Notes under the pieces: model-generated
The model's input: the letters and a program-made list of their open reading frames with translations, nothing else
What the model was told of the DNA's origin: nothing
Database searches by the model: none
In this document: positions 16,361 to 24,490 of the stretch, piece after piece
Layout: each line of letters begins with the position of its first letter
Numbering within the stretch: position 1 is the first letter of the stretch
Made by a program: the position numbers and the translations under genes
Source: an uncultured Alphaproteobacteria bacterium
GTDB taxonomy: Bacteria; Pseudomonadota; Alphaproteobacteria; CAAHEQ01; UBA3637
Length of the DNA: 58,851 nucleotides
Reading direction: 5' to 3'
Assembly: GCA_949286245.1 (NCBI GenBank)
Contig: CASECF010000060.1
Location: forward strand, 1-58,851

Positions 16361-17299
16361 CTAAAATTGAGATCCTGCTTTTTGATTGGCCAAAACACCT
16401 TCCAGATTCAAAGATCCCGATTTTGTAATTAATAATTTATTCCAGAAATCCAAGCCGGAAATCGTGATAAACGAGTTCCATTGAATGGCCGCTCTTTCAT
16501 CTTGAGCCGTTTCTAATTGTTTTTCAGCCTCTTTTACCCAATCTAAATATTTTGGCGCCGTAGCTTGATGAACCAACGAGACAGCCGTTGAATTTGTTGC
16601 GGTTGACTTAATGGCATTTTCCAAATTTTGAACAATCGTACTAAATTCGCCAATCGAAGAGGTCTTCCCCGCTTTAAATTGCAGATTTTGTTGTATTAAC
16701 TTTTTATTTTGTTCCGCATTTTTATACTTATCCAAATTACCATAATTTGTTGATCCGGTCATCCCCATCAACGAAGAACCATCCACGACACCGGAACCTG
16801 TTACTACCGTCCCACCATCTACCGCTTGTGTTCCCGTCTGAGTAGCGGAAGAAACAGAATTTCCAACAACCGTTTCAGTACCTGCAACCGACGCTCCGGA
16901 AGAAACTGATCCGGTCGGAGAAGTAGCCGATGAAACCGTTGAAGGGTTCGATGACGAAGCCCCTCCGCCGGAGTTTCTATTGGAAGAAGCACTCGATCCA
17001 TCCGGTTTTTTCCCGTTAATGGCGTTCCAAAGAGAATCACTCATTTGACGTCCTTTTGAAATAGCAGAGCTCTGAAGCCCCTTTAACTGTGATGAGACAA
17101 TATTTCCCAAAGATAAATTCTCCCATTGAGACAATAAATTTTGATCCAATCCTACTTGTTTTTGGAGCTCTGTTTTAACATTATCCAAGACTTTCTCAAC
17201 ACTCAACTGCGGACCGGTAATAAAGGCCGTTCCCTGTGCGAGAACCGAAGACGTAAAGAGGCAAGAAAACCCGATTATTAAAAATTTTTTTAACATCAT
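16361..17299 (-). CDS. Secreted protein, member of the T4SS-linked set (312 aa)
   Basis: A signal peptide (..SSVLA|Q) is followed by an S/G/T-rich core (aa ~100-176) and a helical C-terminal module. Confidence 0.6.
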   Translation of the reverse strand: MMLKKFLIIGFSCLFTSSVLAQGTAFITGPQLSVEKVLDNVKTELQKQVGLDQNLLSQWENLSLGNIVSSQLKGLQSSAISKGRQMSDSLWNAINGKKPDGSSASSNRNSGGGASSSNPSTVSSATSPTGSVSSGASVAGTETVVGNSVSSATQTGTQAVDGGTVVTGSGVVDGSSLMGMTGSTNYGNLDKYKNAEQNKKLIQQNLQFKAGKTSSIGEFSTIVQNLENAIKSTATNSTAVSLVHQATAPKYLDWVKEAEKQLETAQDERAAIQWNSFITISGLDFWNKLLITKSGSLNLEGVLANQKAGSQF

Positions 17300-18246
17300 T
17301 TTAATTCCTCCCCAAAAGCTTTAGCTGACGTTGCATCTTGCAACACAATAGCGGAATTCAAACCAGCAGATGTTGCCTCAGATGCCAACAACAAATTCAT
17401 ATTTGCATTCATTCCCAGTGTCATTCCCGTCCACACCTGAATATCCTCCCGAATATTGATCGGTTTTTTAATTAATTCGACTGCCTCTTCTTTTGTTTTG
17501 TTATATTCGGTTGAAACAGCCATAATATTCAATGAATCAGACATAGCAGAACTACCGGCATCATAAATCACCTGAACCAAATTATCATACACTTTCTTCA
17601 ATGATTCTTGAGAGGCGGCATTTCCTCCTTTTTCATTACTGATAACAAAATTTTTATTCAGAAGATTTTTAGCTGCGGCCGGATTTCCCAATTGATCTTC
17701 CGATAAGCCATAAGGAGTTAAATCAACAAGGGGTTTTTGAGGCGTTCCTACCTCTGCAACATTTCCAAATAAATAACCGGTCGGAGACACATTGGAGGCT
17801 GTTTCACTGGTGACAAATCCCTCTCCCGGAACGGAAGAACCAGCCCCTGTTGTTGGGCTCTCAACGGACGTGTCCCCTGTACTTGTTCCGCCAGAAGAAC
17901 CCCCTGATGAGGAACTGCCGGAAGAACTACTCGACGATCCGCCTCCCGATGAAGAACCACTCGACGAAGAACTACCCGACGATCCGCCTCCCGATGAAGC
18001 GACTTTTTTACCACCGGAAGTATCACCGGAAGGCCCCATAATGAGATTTTGAAGTGTTTCTTCGGAAAGAGTGGCAAGATTATTGATAACATCTGCTATT
18101 AACGTAGACAAAACGGCAATAATCATCGGCTGAATATTATCAATGTATTTAACCGGTTGCCCCGCATAACCCTCTTTAGCTGAGGTTAGCAAAAGGCTTG
18201 TCCCTAAAAGAAATATCCCGATTCCTGACAAAAATTGTTTCCTCAT
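17296..18246 (-). CDS. Secreted protein, member of the T4SS-linked set (316 aa)
   Basis: After the signal peptide there is a nearly pure Ser/Gly tract at aa 84-120 (SSGGGSSGSSSSSGSSSGGGSSSSSSGSSSSGGSSGG) and a helical C-terminal module. It has a 4-nt overlap with the next gene. Confidence 0.6.
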   Translation of the reverse strand: MRKQFLSGIGIFLLGTSLLLTSAKEGYAGQPVKYIDNIQPMIIAVLSTLIADVINNLATLSEETLQNLIMGPSGDTSGGKKVASSGGGSSGSSSSSGSSSGGGSSSSSSGSSSSGGSSGGTSTGDTSVESPTTGAGSSVPGEGFVTSETASNVSPTGYLFGNVAEVGTPQKPLVDLTPYGLSEDQLGNPAAAKNLLNKNFVISNEKGGNAASQESLKKVYDNLVQVIYDAGSSAMSDSLNIMAVSTEYNKTKEEAVELIKKPINIREDIQVWTGMTLGMNANMNLLLASEATSAGLNSAIVLQDATSAKAFGEELK

Positions 18247-18282
18247 CTCCGCCTCCGTTTAGCATCCATATATACTTATATT

Positions 18283-19146
18283 TTAACATAAATTACCGAT
18301 CATACAAGTTTTTTTTTCACATATGGAAATAAGGTTTTGAAAAATCATACTGACCGTCATGGGGCCAACCCCTCCCGGAACCGGAGTAATTGCGCTGACG
18401 ATTCCCATGAGATCTTCCGCACAAGCATCTCCGACTATTTTACCATCCGGTGTTCGTGATATACCGACATCGATCACAATAGCTCCCGGCTTCACAAATT
18501 CTCTTTTAATCAATTGAGGATGTCCGGTCGCCGAAACAATAATATCTGCACTTTTACAATGCTCCGATAAATCTTTTGTTTGAGAATGTGCTTGTATCAA
18601 TGTACATCCTGCATCTAACAACAATTGTCCCAACGGCTTTCCGACCAAACGCGACCGCCCGACAACAATTGCATTGAGACCGGAAAAATCAGAAACAACC
18701 GTTTTTAGCAGTGTCATACAAGCTAGAGGGGTACACGGAATAATATGGGGCTGTCCCACAAATAAATATCCCAAGTTTACACTTGAAAGTCCATCAACAT
18801 CCTTACGGGGATCAATTGTATCTATAATTTTATAGGAATCGAATGGAAACGGCAAAGGTAATTGAACCAAAATTCCATCGATGAGCGGATTTTCATTTAA
18901 TTCTTTGATAAAAGAACAAAGAGAATCTTCTGTCATAACGGGAGACAAATGATAGAATTTAACACTGACACCGAGCCTTTCCGCATACTTTCTTTTGTGT
19001 TTGATGTAAATCAAACTGGCCGGATTATCTCCAACCAAAATAACGGCCAGACAGGGGGGACGAGAAAATTTTTTTATTTTTTCTTTCATCTGATAACAAA
19101 GCTCTTCAGCCTGTTTTTTCCCATCAATTAAGACCGTTGACACCAT
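18283..19146 (-). CDS. folD: Bifunctional methylenetetrahydrofolate dehydrogenase/cyclohydrolase FolD
   Basis: VLIDGKKQAEE..., ILVGDNPAS.IY...K, GILVQLPLP and VVGRS.LVGKPL are the typical FolD layout. The ATG at 19146 has an SD (aaaggaa). The track ORF starts at a GTG at 19161. Confidence 0.85.
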   Translation of the reverse strand: MVSTVLIDGKKQAEELCYQMKEKIKKFSRPPCLAVILVGDNPASLIYIKHKRKYAERLGVSVKFYHLSPVMTEDSLCSFIKELNENPLIDGILVQLPLPFPFDSYKIIDTIDPRKDVDGLSSVNLGYLFVGQPHIIPCTPLACMTLLKTVVSDFSGLNAIVVGRSRLVGKPLGQLLLDAGCTLIQAHSQTKDLSEHCKSADIIVSATGHPQLIKREFVKPGAIVIDVGISRTPDGKIVGDACAEDLMGIVSAITPVPGGVGPMTVSMIFQNLISICEKKTCMIGNLC

Positions 19147-19157
19147 AATAATTCCTT

Positions 19158-20330
19158 TCACTTATACTCAACAACGACAAAACGTTTGGCATTTTCCAAA
19201 ATTTTATCGGACATATGTTCCAACCTTTCCAATTCTATTTGAGTTCGGATTTCATCATCAGACGGAAGAAGATTCTTTTGAGACACGGAACACTTCATGA
19301 AGAAAACATTTGCCCCATTCATTTGGAGGGGGCCTATCACTGTATTGATAGCAGCCGGAGACAATAATTCTTTTAATTCAGGTGGCAATTGATCAGGAGA
19401 GATCATTCCTTTTTGAATGGATTCCGGAATAGCTTCCTTGTGAGCAAAATCCATAAAATCCCGACAAGAATGAAGATCACCGACGATTGTCGGCATAAGA
19501 GTGACCGTTTTATCAAGCGTTAACGCTTGTTGAGCCAGCTCCCAAATCTGAATTGTATCACTTGTCAAGGCCTTCTTTTTATCCAACATAGCCAAAATTA
19601 AAAAGCCATTTTTTGTTTCGATTGGGCGCGATAATTGACCGGGGATCATCTGCTCCAAAATAGGTTGAACAACCGCTTCGTAATGATTCTTTTTAACCCA
19701 ACCGATCTGTCCGCCACGAGAAGCGGAAGGGGCTTTTGAATACTGGCGAGCAGCTTGATCAAACGCAATTTTTCCGGAACGAATTTCTTTTTCACACCGT
19801 AAAGCTTCTGCCTCGTTGGGAAGTAATATTTCTGCCAATAAATATCCTTCTTCTCTCAAACTCTTCCGTATTTGGTTTTTTCTTGCTTTGATTTCGGCAG
19901 GTTGTACGGGTTGAATATTTTGTTTTTGGCGTTGCATCAGTTGTAGCCACATGAGATCCGAACGAACTTGATCTTTCAAAAAATCAAGTGGCACATTATT
20001 TTGTTTAAGAACACGAGCTAATTGTCCCTTTTTCATTCCATTTTGTTGTTCCAGATGAGCAATCGCATTTTGAATATCTTCATCTCGAACGATAATTCCA
20101 TTTTTTTGAGCATATTGAACTTTAATTTTTTCATTGATAAGAGTGTTCAAGATTTGCTTTTTCATTTGATTATTGAATATATAGTTTTCGCTTTTTTGTA
20201 AATTCATCAATCGAGTCCGCACATCAACATCGAATGATGAGATCGGTTCATCGTTAACTGTTGCGATAATTTCACCGGCGCAAGAAACACTGCTCCACAT
20301 AAAAAGAAGCAAACAAATAACATATTTCAT
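19158..20330 (-). CDS. surA: Periplasmic chaperone/peptidyl-prolyl isomerase, SurA-like
   Basis: It has a signal peptide, a SurA N-domain and one parvulin domain (..SRGGQIGWVKKNH...GQLSRPIETKNGFLILAML). It follows lptD, as is usual in alphaproteobacteria. Confidence 0.75.
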   Translation of the reverse strand: MKYVICLLLFMWSSVSCAGEIIATVNDEPISSFDVDVRTRLMNLQKSENYIFNNQMKKQILNTLINEKIKVQYAQKNGIIVRDEDIQNAIAHLEQQNGMKKGQLARVLKQNNVPLDFLKDQVRSDLMWLQLMQRQKQNIQPVQPAEIKARKNQIRKSLREEGYLLAEILLPNEAEALRCEKEIRSGKIAFDQAARQYSKAPSASRGGQIGWVKKNHYEAVVQPILEQMIPGQLSRPIETKNGFLILAMLDKKKALTSDTIQIWELAQQALTLDKTVTLMPTIVGDLHSCRDFMDFAHKEAIPESIQKGMISPDQLPPELKELLSPAAINTVIGPLQMNGANVFFMKCSVSQKNLLPSDDEIRTQIELERLEHMSDKILENAKRFVVVEYK

Positions 20331-23300
20331 TACATACCCCCCAAAGATTTCAAAATAAATTTAACGGTCATCGATGTTCCACCGCTATAGTCACGATCAC
20401 TGGTAAAAGACCGTTCTAAATCAAATGCGATTGCAACACACTCATTATCATATTGTGTAATGAGACCCGCCTCAACAGGGCCTCCGTCTTTAGCCAAATC
20501 ATAGCGATAATAACCGGAAACAGACCAATTTTTTGAAAACTTAGAAGATCCGAAAAAGAGTAATTCCTCTCGAGATGAATAGTAGTTATCTGCGATTTGA
20601 ACCGGTTTTAAATAAACATAATCAATCCCTAAGCGCAAAGGATCCGATCCGCCTGATAATGTGATTTCATTTTTTTTAGGTTGCATATTTCGCTCATCTA
20701 AACGGAAGCGATAAGCTAAAGAGATGGCGTGATAATTTACTTGAACTCGCCCGACGTAATCAGATGCATTCGAATCGGCATTACCCATAAGAGCATTCAT
20801 CTCATCATCATCCGTCAATCGGTAAGATTGACCAAACATAGTCGAGATAGACCGATCATTGGTATCATATAAAGACCACTGCAATCCATAATTAACCCTT
20901 GTTCCTGTTTCAACACGATCATATCCCGCAAACCGATTTCTGGAAAAAAGATTGGTATCATCAAAATCAAAATCAATGCTATCAACATCCGGAATTTTAT
21001 CATTATTTCCACTATTGGGAGCCGAAACCAACATAACAATCGGTTCTAAAACCTGACTGGTATTTTCGGTAGACATAGCCATCGGATAGCTCATTTTAAC
21101 GGATCCAATCGGATAGATACGTCCCGTCGTATATGTATCATCTGTTTTCTGTTCTCCGAACGCATATTCTCCCGTATCGATCTGATATCCATCCGCACGA
21201 ACCGTTCCGATAATATCAAAGGCCGCCCCCCATGTGCTGACATAAGGTAAATGAAGTCCTTGAGTCACGGACAATCGGTTAGATTTAAAGCGTTGTCTGT
21301 TTTGATAAATAGCCGAATCAACCTCTGTAAAAGCATACAATCCATTATCCGTAAGCGGATCTGTGTTTACTCTATAAAACATCATCGGAATAATAATCGG
21401 GATTGAATCACTGGAAACACGATCTTGCAAACTTTGAAACGATAACCCCTGAACGGCAAAATAATTTTGTGTTCCAAATCGTTCTGCTGCAATATATGAT
21501 CTTAAAAAAGAGCGGGAATCATCAATACCCGGAATACTGTATCGTCTAAAATAGGTGTCACTGGATGTTCTGAAATACTGTCCCTGAATACGCCATAAAT
21601 CCGAAACATCATACCGAAAATCAGCTTTGATATGACCTTGCTTTTTATCATCATCATTATCCCGCGTTCCGCTGGCCTGAACATTCAAAAATCCCTCTTT
21701 ATACAGGCCCTTGTAATCAGCAATTATAAGGGGGTCATGCGTCGGAGAAAACGTCGGCGTTAAAAGTAAATTTTGATTATCTGACAAATCTACAAAAAAA
21801 GGAGTTGTAATTCCGCCCTTCATTTCCTCTCCGTGTGACAAACTGGGAGACAAAAATCCTGTTTTTCTCTTCACCGTAAAATCAGGTGTTTGCAAATACG
21901 GAAAATAAAAAATCGGAATATCTTTAACTTCTAAAAAAGAATTTTTATATGTCATTGTTTTATCAACGGCATCATGTTTAACATCGTTTGATCTTAAAGA
22001 CCAAAGAGGGGCTGTCCCCTCACAAAAATCACAAGGGGTATATGTCACATCTTTTAAGTAAAGAACCGTTCCGGCATGCGTACGTTTCAAACGAGATGCC
22101 GTTATATGTGTCCCATCGACTAATTTCATAATCATGGCTCCGGACACAGCCTCTTTCATATCGCCCGATAAAGTTAATTCTTGTGTTTCTGTTGTTGTTC
22201 CGTCCGGTATTGTTAAGACAACATTTCCTTGAGCCATCATTTGATTTTTTTGACGGTTATAAATCAATTTATCTGCTTTTAAAATTGTTTTTTCCTGTAT
22301 GGCAACAACATCTCCAGAAGCGATAACCGTATCATTTTTTTTATCATAAAAAACCGTATCGGATTCAAAATCGACAGGCTTGTCCTTATCCACGGCATGT
22401 TCGAAATCTGCCTTCACTTGAGCAATCGCCGTTGAAGCAATTAAAGAAGTAATTAAGACAATCAAAATCATTTCAATTCGTACTCCCTTGATTTTGACTG
22501 AATAGCCTCGTATCATAATCAAATACAAAACAATGATCGGTAAAAACACATTAACCGCCATCAAAGGTAAAAAGACCAAATTTTTACCGGAAATATTTTC
22601 AAACGCCAACGCCAGAGACTGAATGATCAAGGCCAATACGACAACCAAATTAATTCTGCCCATTTGACCACGACGATTGTAGTGAGCCGAGAGAACACCG
22701 AACATAGCTAAAAAGGCAAACGTAAAATTATAAAGCGGCTGTAAAATACGTTTTAAAGCTTCAACCTTCATTTTTCGATAAACAACTTCGTTTTCGGCAT
22801 CTTTCGGTTGTGATAAAATAAGCGTTTTCAAATCATATTCCCCGACATCACTGGATCTTGTTTCTCCCTCATTCTTTTTATCATTAAACCACATTGTGTA
22901 CTGATCAAATTTTAAAACAGAAAATTGTTTTGTCTTAGGGTTTAATTCTTGGCGTACACCTTCTTGGAAAATAACCCGAACACCTTTTTCTTCCTGAAGA
23001 ACAACCCCACCTTTTGCGATGAGAACAGATGTCTTTTCGGGATCTTTTGTTTCATAAGCCATCACGCCTTTGACGGAACCGTCCGGCAATCGTTCTTTAA
23101 CATAAAGGGTCAATCCGTTTTTAAAAGAATTGAACTGCCCTTCTTGCAAAAGTAAATGGGACAAATCATTTTTAACCTGCCATTTCATTTCACGAAGAGA
23201 AGTAGTCGCCTCGGGGACAAGAACCAACGTCAACACATATCCCAGAATCGTCAAAGCAAAAGCAAACATCAACGCTGGTTTCATAATTTGTTTCGGAGAC

Positions 23301-23581
23301 ATACCGATTGCCTGCATAACCATGAGTTCTTTATCAGATTGCATCCGAGAAAAAACAAACAAAACAACAGCAAACAAAGCTAACGGCGACAACACTTGCA
23401 TAAAATTCGGTAAAACCAGAAATGTCATCTTTAAAAAGATTCGTACGGGAACTCCGTTGGTGACGATCATATCAATCATTTTTAAGGATTGTGTCAACCA
23501 CACCAAAACGGTCATACTCGCCAAAACCAAGACGAAGCCGACAAAAATTTGTTTCAAGATATATTTGTTTAAAAGTTTCAT
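20330..23581 (-). CDS. lptD: Single 1,083-aa ORF: an LptF/LptG-family LPS-export permease (aa 1-~365) fused in frame to LptD/OstA (aa ~371-1083)
   Basis: The N-terminal part is a YjgP/YjgQ permease (MKLLNKYILKQIF..., 6 TM, periplasmic beta-jellyroll insert). From M371 it reads MILIVLITSLIASTAIA|QVK, which is signal-peptide-like. The LptD OstA N-domain follows (DTVFYDKKNDTVIASGDVVAIQ...), then the beta-barrel (..FYFPYLQTPDFTVKRKTGFLSPS..). Confidence 0.85.
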   Translation of the reverse strand: MKLLNKYILKQIFVGFVLVLASMTVLVWLTQSLKMIDMIVTNGVPVRIFLKMTFLVLPNFMQVLSPLALFAVVLFVFSRMQSDKELMVMQAIGMSPKQIMKPALMFAFALTILGYVLTLVLVPEATTSLREMKWQVKNDLSHLLLQEGQFNSFKNGLTLYVKERLPDGSVKGVMAYETKDPEKTSVLIAKGGVVLQEEKGVRVIFQEGVRQELNPKTKQFSVLKFDQYTMWFNDKKNEGETRSSDVGEYDLKTLILSQPKDAENEVVYRKMKVEALKRILQPLYNFTFAFLAMFGVLSAHYNRRGQMGRINLVVVLALIIQSLALAFENISGKNLVFLPLMAVNVFLPIIVLYLIMIRGYSVKIKGVRIEMILIVLITSLIASTAIAQVKADFEHAVDKDKPVDFESDTVFYDKKNDTVIASGDVVAIQEKTILKADKLIYNRQKNQMMAQGNVVLTIPDGTTTETQELTLSGDMKEAVSGAMIMKLVDGTHITASRLKRTHAGTVLYLKDVTYTPCDFCEGTAPLWSLRSNDVKHDAVDKTMTYKNSFLEVKDIPIFYFPYLQTPDFTVKRKTGFLSPSLSHGEEMKGGITTPFFVDLSDNQNLLLTPTFSPTHDPLIIADYKGLYKEGFLNVQASGTRDNDDDKKQGHIKADFRYDVSDLWRIQGQYFRTSSDTYFRRYSIPGIDDSRSFLRSYIAAERFGTQNYFAVQGLSFQSLQDRVSSDSIPIIIPMMFYRVNTDPLTDNGLYAFTEVDSAIYQNRQRFKSNRLSVTQGLHLPYVSTWGAAFDIIGTVRADGYQIDTGEYAFGEQKTDDTYTTGRIYPIGSVKMSYPMAMSTENTSQVLEPIVMLVSAPNSGNNDKIPDVDSIDFDFDDTNLFSRNRFAGYDRVETGTRVNYGLQWSLYDTNDRSISTMFGQSYRLTDDDEMNALMGNADSNASDYVGRVQVNYHAISLAYRFRLDERNMQPKKNEITLSGGSDPLRLGIDYVYLKPVQIADNYYSSREELLFFGSSKFSKNWSVSGYYRYDLAKDGGPVEAGLITQYDNECVAIAFDLERSFTSDRDYSGGTSMTVKFILKSLGGM

Positions 23582-23584
23582 TCT

Positions 23585-24490
23585 TTACCCTTTTCCGCCA
23601 CTATACGATAAAGGATGAGATTTTTCAACCGTCTTTTTCAATCTTTCTTCCAAAATATGAGTATAGATTTCGGTTGTTGCGATATCGGCATGTCCCAACA
23701 TTTTTTGAACAGAGCGCAAATCAGCGTCATGTGCGATCAAATGACTGGCGAAAGAATGTCTAAAAACGTGGGGGGAAACACGGGCAGGATCAACTCCTGC
23801 CTCCAACGCAATCTCTTTAAGGGCTTTAAAAAAGCCATCTCGGGTCAAATGGCCTTCTTTAGCGGCAGATGGGAATAGCCACTTTGATGTTCGGCCTTTT
23901 TTCAAAAAAAATTCTCGTTGAATAAGCCACTGTTCCAATGCCTTAGATGCCGGTTCATTTAAAGGGATTATTCGCTCTTTATTTCCCTTTCCGCGCACCA
24001 TAACCATTTTGTTATCAGCGGTTATTGACAAGAGCGGTAAAGAGACCAACTCACTTACACGCATTCCGGTAGCATATAAAACCTCCAACAATGTTTTCAT
24101 TCGAAGGTTTTTTTGCTCCGCCACGGTAATTAATTGTGATATTTCCGATTCAGATAAGTATTTCGGCAATGCCTTGCCCACTTTAGGAGATTGCAAATAA
24201 TCTGCCGGATTTTTTTGAATTTGGTCCTCCGAATATAAAAACCGATAAAATTCATGAATGGCCGATAATCTGCGACTTTGCGTCTTAGCAGACAACCCGT
24301 TTTCAGAAAGGGTTTGCACAAATGCTCTTAAGTCACTTCTTTTAGCCTTAACAGGCTGAACCCCTCTCATTTTTAAAAAAGAAAACAAATCTGACAAATC
24401 ATTTTTATAGGCTTCTATGGTGCGATAACTGGACCCTCGTTCGGCCGTCATCATTTCCAAAAACGAGTTAATCAAGGTATCTTCTTTCAT
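23585..24490 (-). CDS. xerD: Site-specific tyrosine recombinase XerD (XerC/D family)
   Basis: It has an N-terminal SAM-like domain (FLEMMTAERGSSYRTIEAYKNDL). The catalytic motifs are ATGMRVSEL, HVFRHSFASHL and LGHADIATTEIYTH. The likely start is MKEDTL at 24490, forming an ATGA overlap with the upstream stop. Confidence 0.8.
   Translation of the reverse strand: MKEDTLINSFLEMMTAERGSSYRTIEAYKNDLSDLFSFLKMRGVQPVKAKRSDLRAFVQTLSENGLSAKTQSRRLSAIHEFYRFLYSEDQIQKNPADYLQSPKVGKALPKYLSESEISQLITVAEQKNLRMKTLLEVLYATGMRVSELVSLPLLSITADNKMVMVRGKGNKERIIPLNEPASKALEQWLIQREFFLKKGRTSKWLFPSAAKEGHLTRDGFFKALKEIALEAGVDPARVSPHVFRHSFASHLIAHDADLRSVQKMLGHADIATTEIYTHILEERLKKTVEKSHPLSYSGGKG

Noticed and set aside
17748-18092. 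ORFs overlap on both strands within the Ser/Gly tract region (17748-18092 minus, 17792-18052 plus, 17850-18041 plus). Similar ORFs lie at 16819-17040 and 13613-13858.
   Set aside because: They are artefacts of trinucleotide-like Ser/Gly coding repeats that stay open in several frames. The frames carrying signal peptides and tight operon spacing are the real genes.
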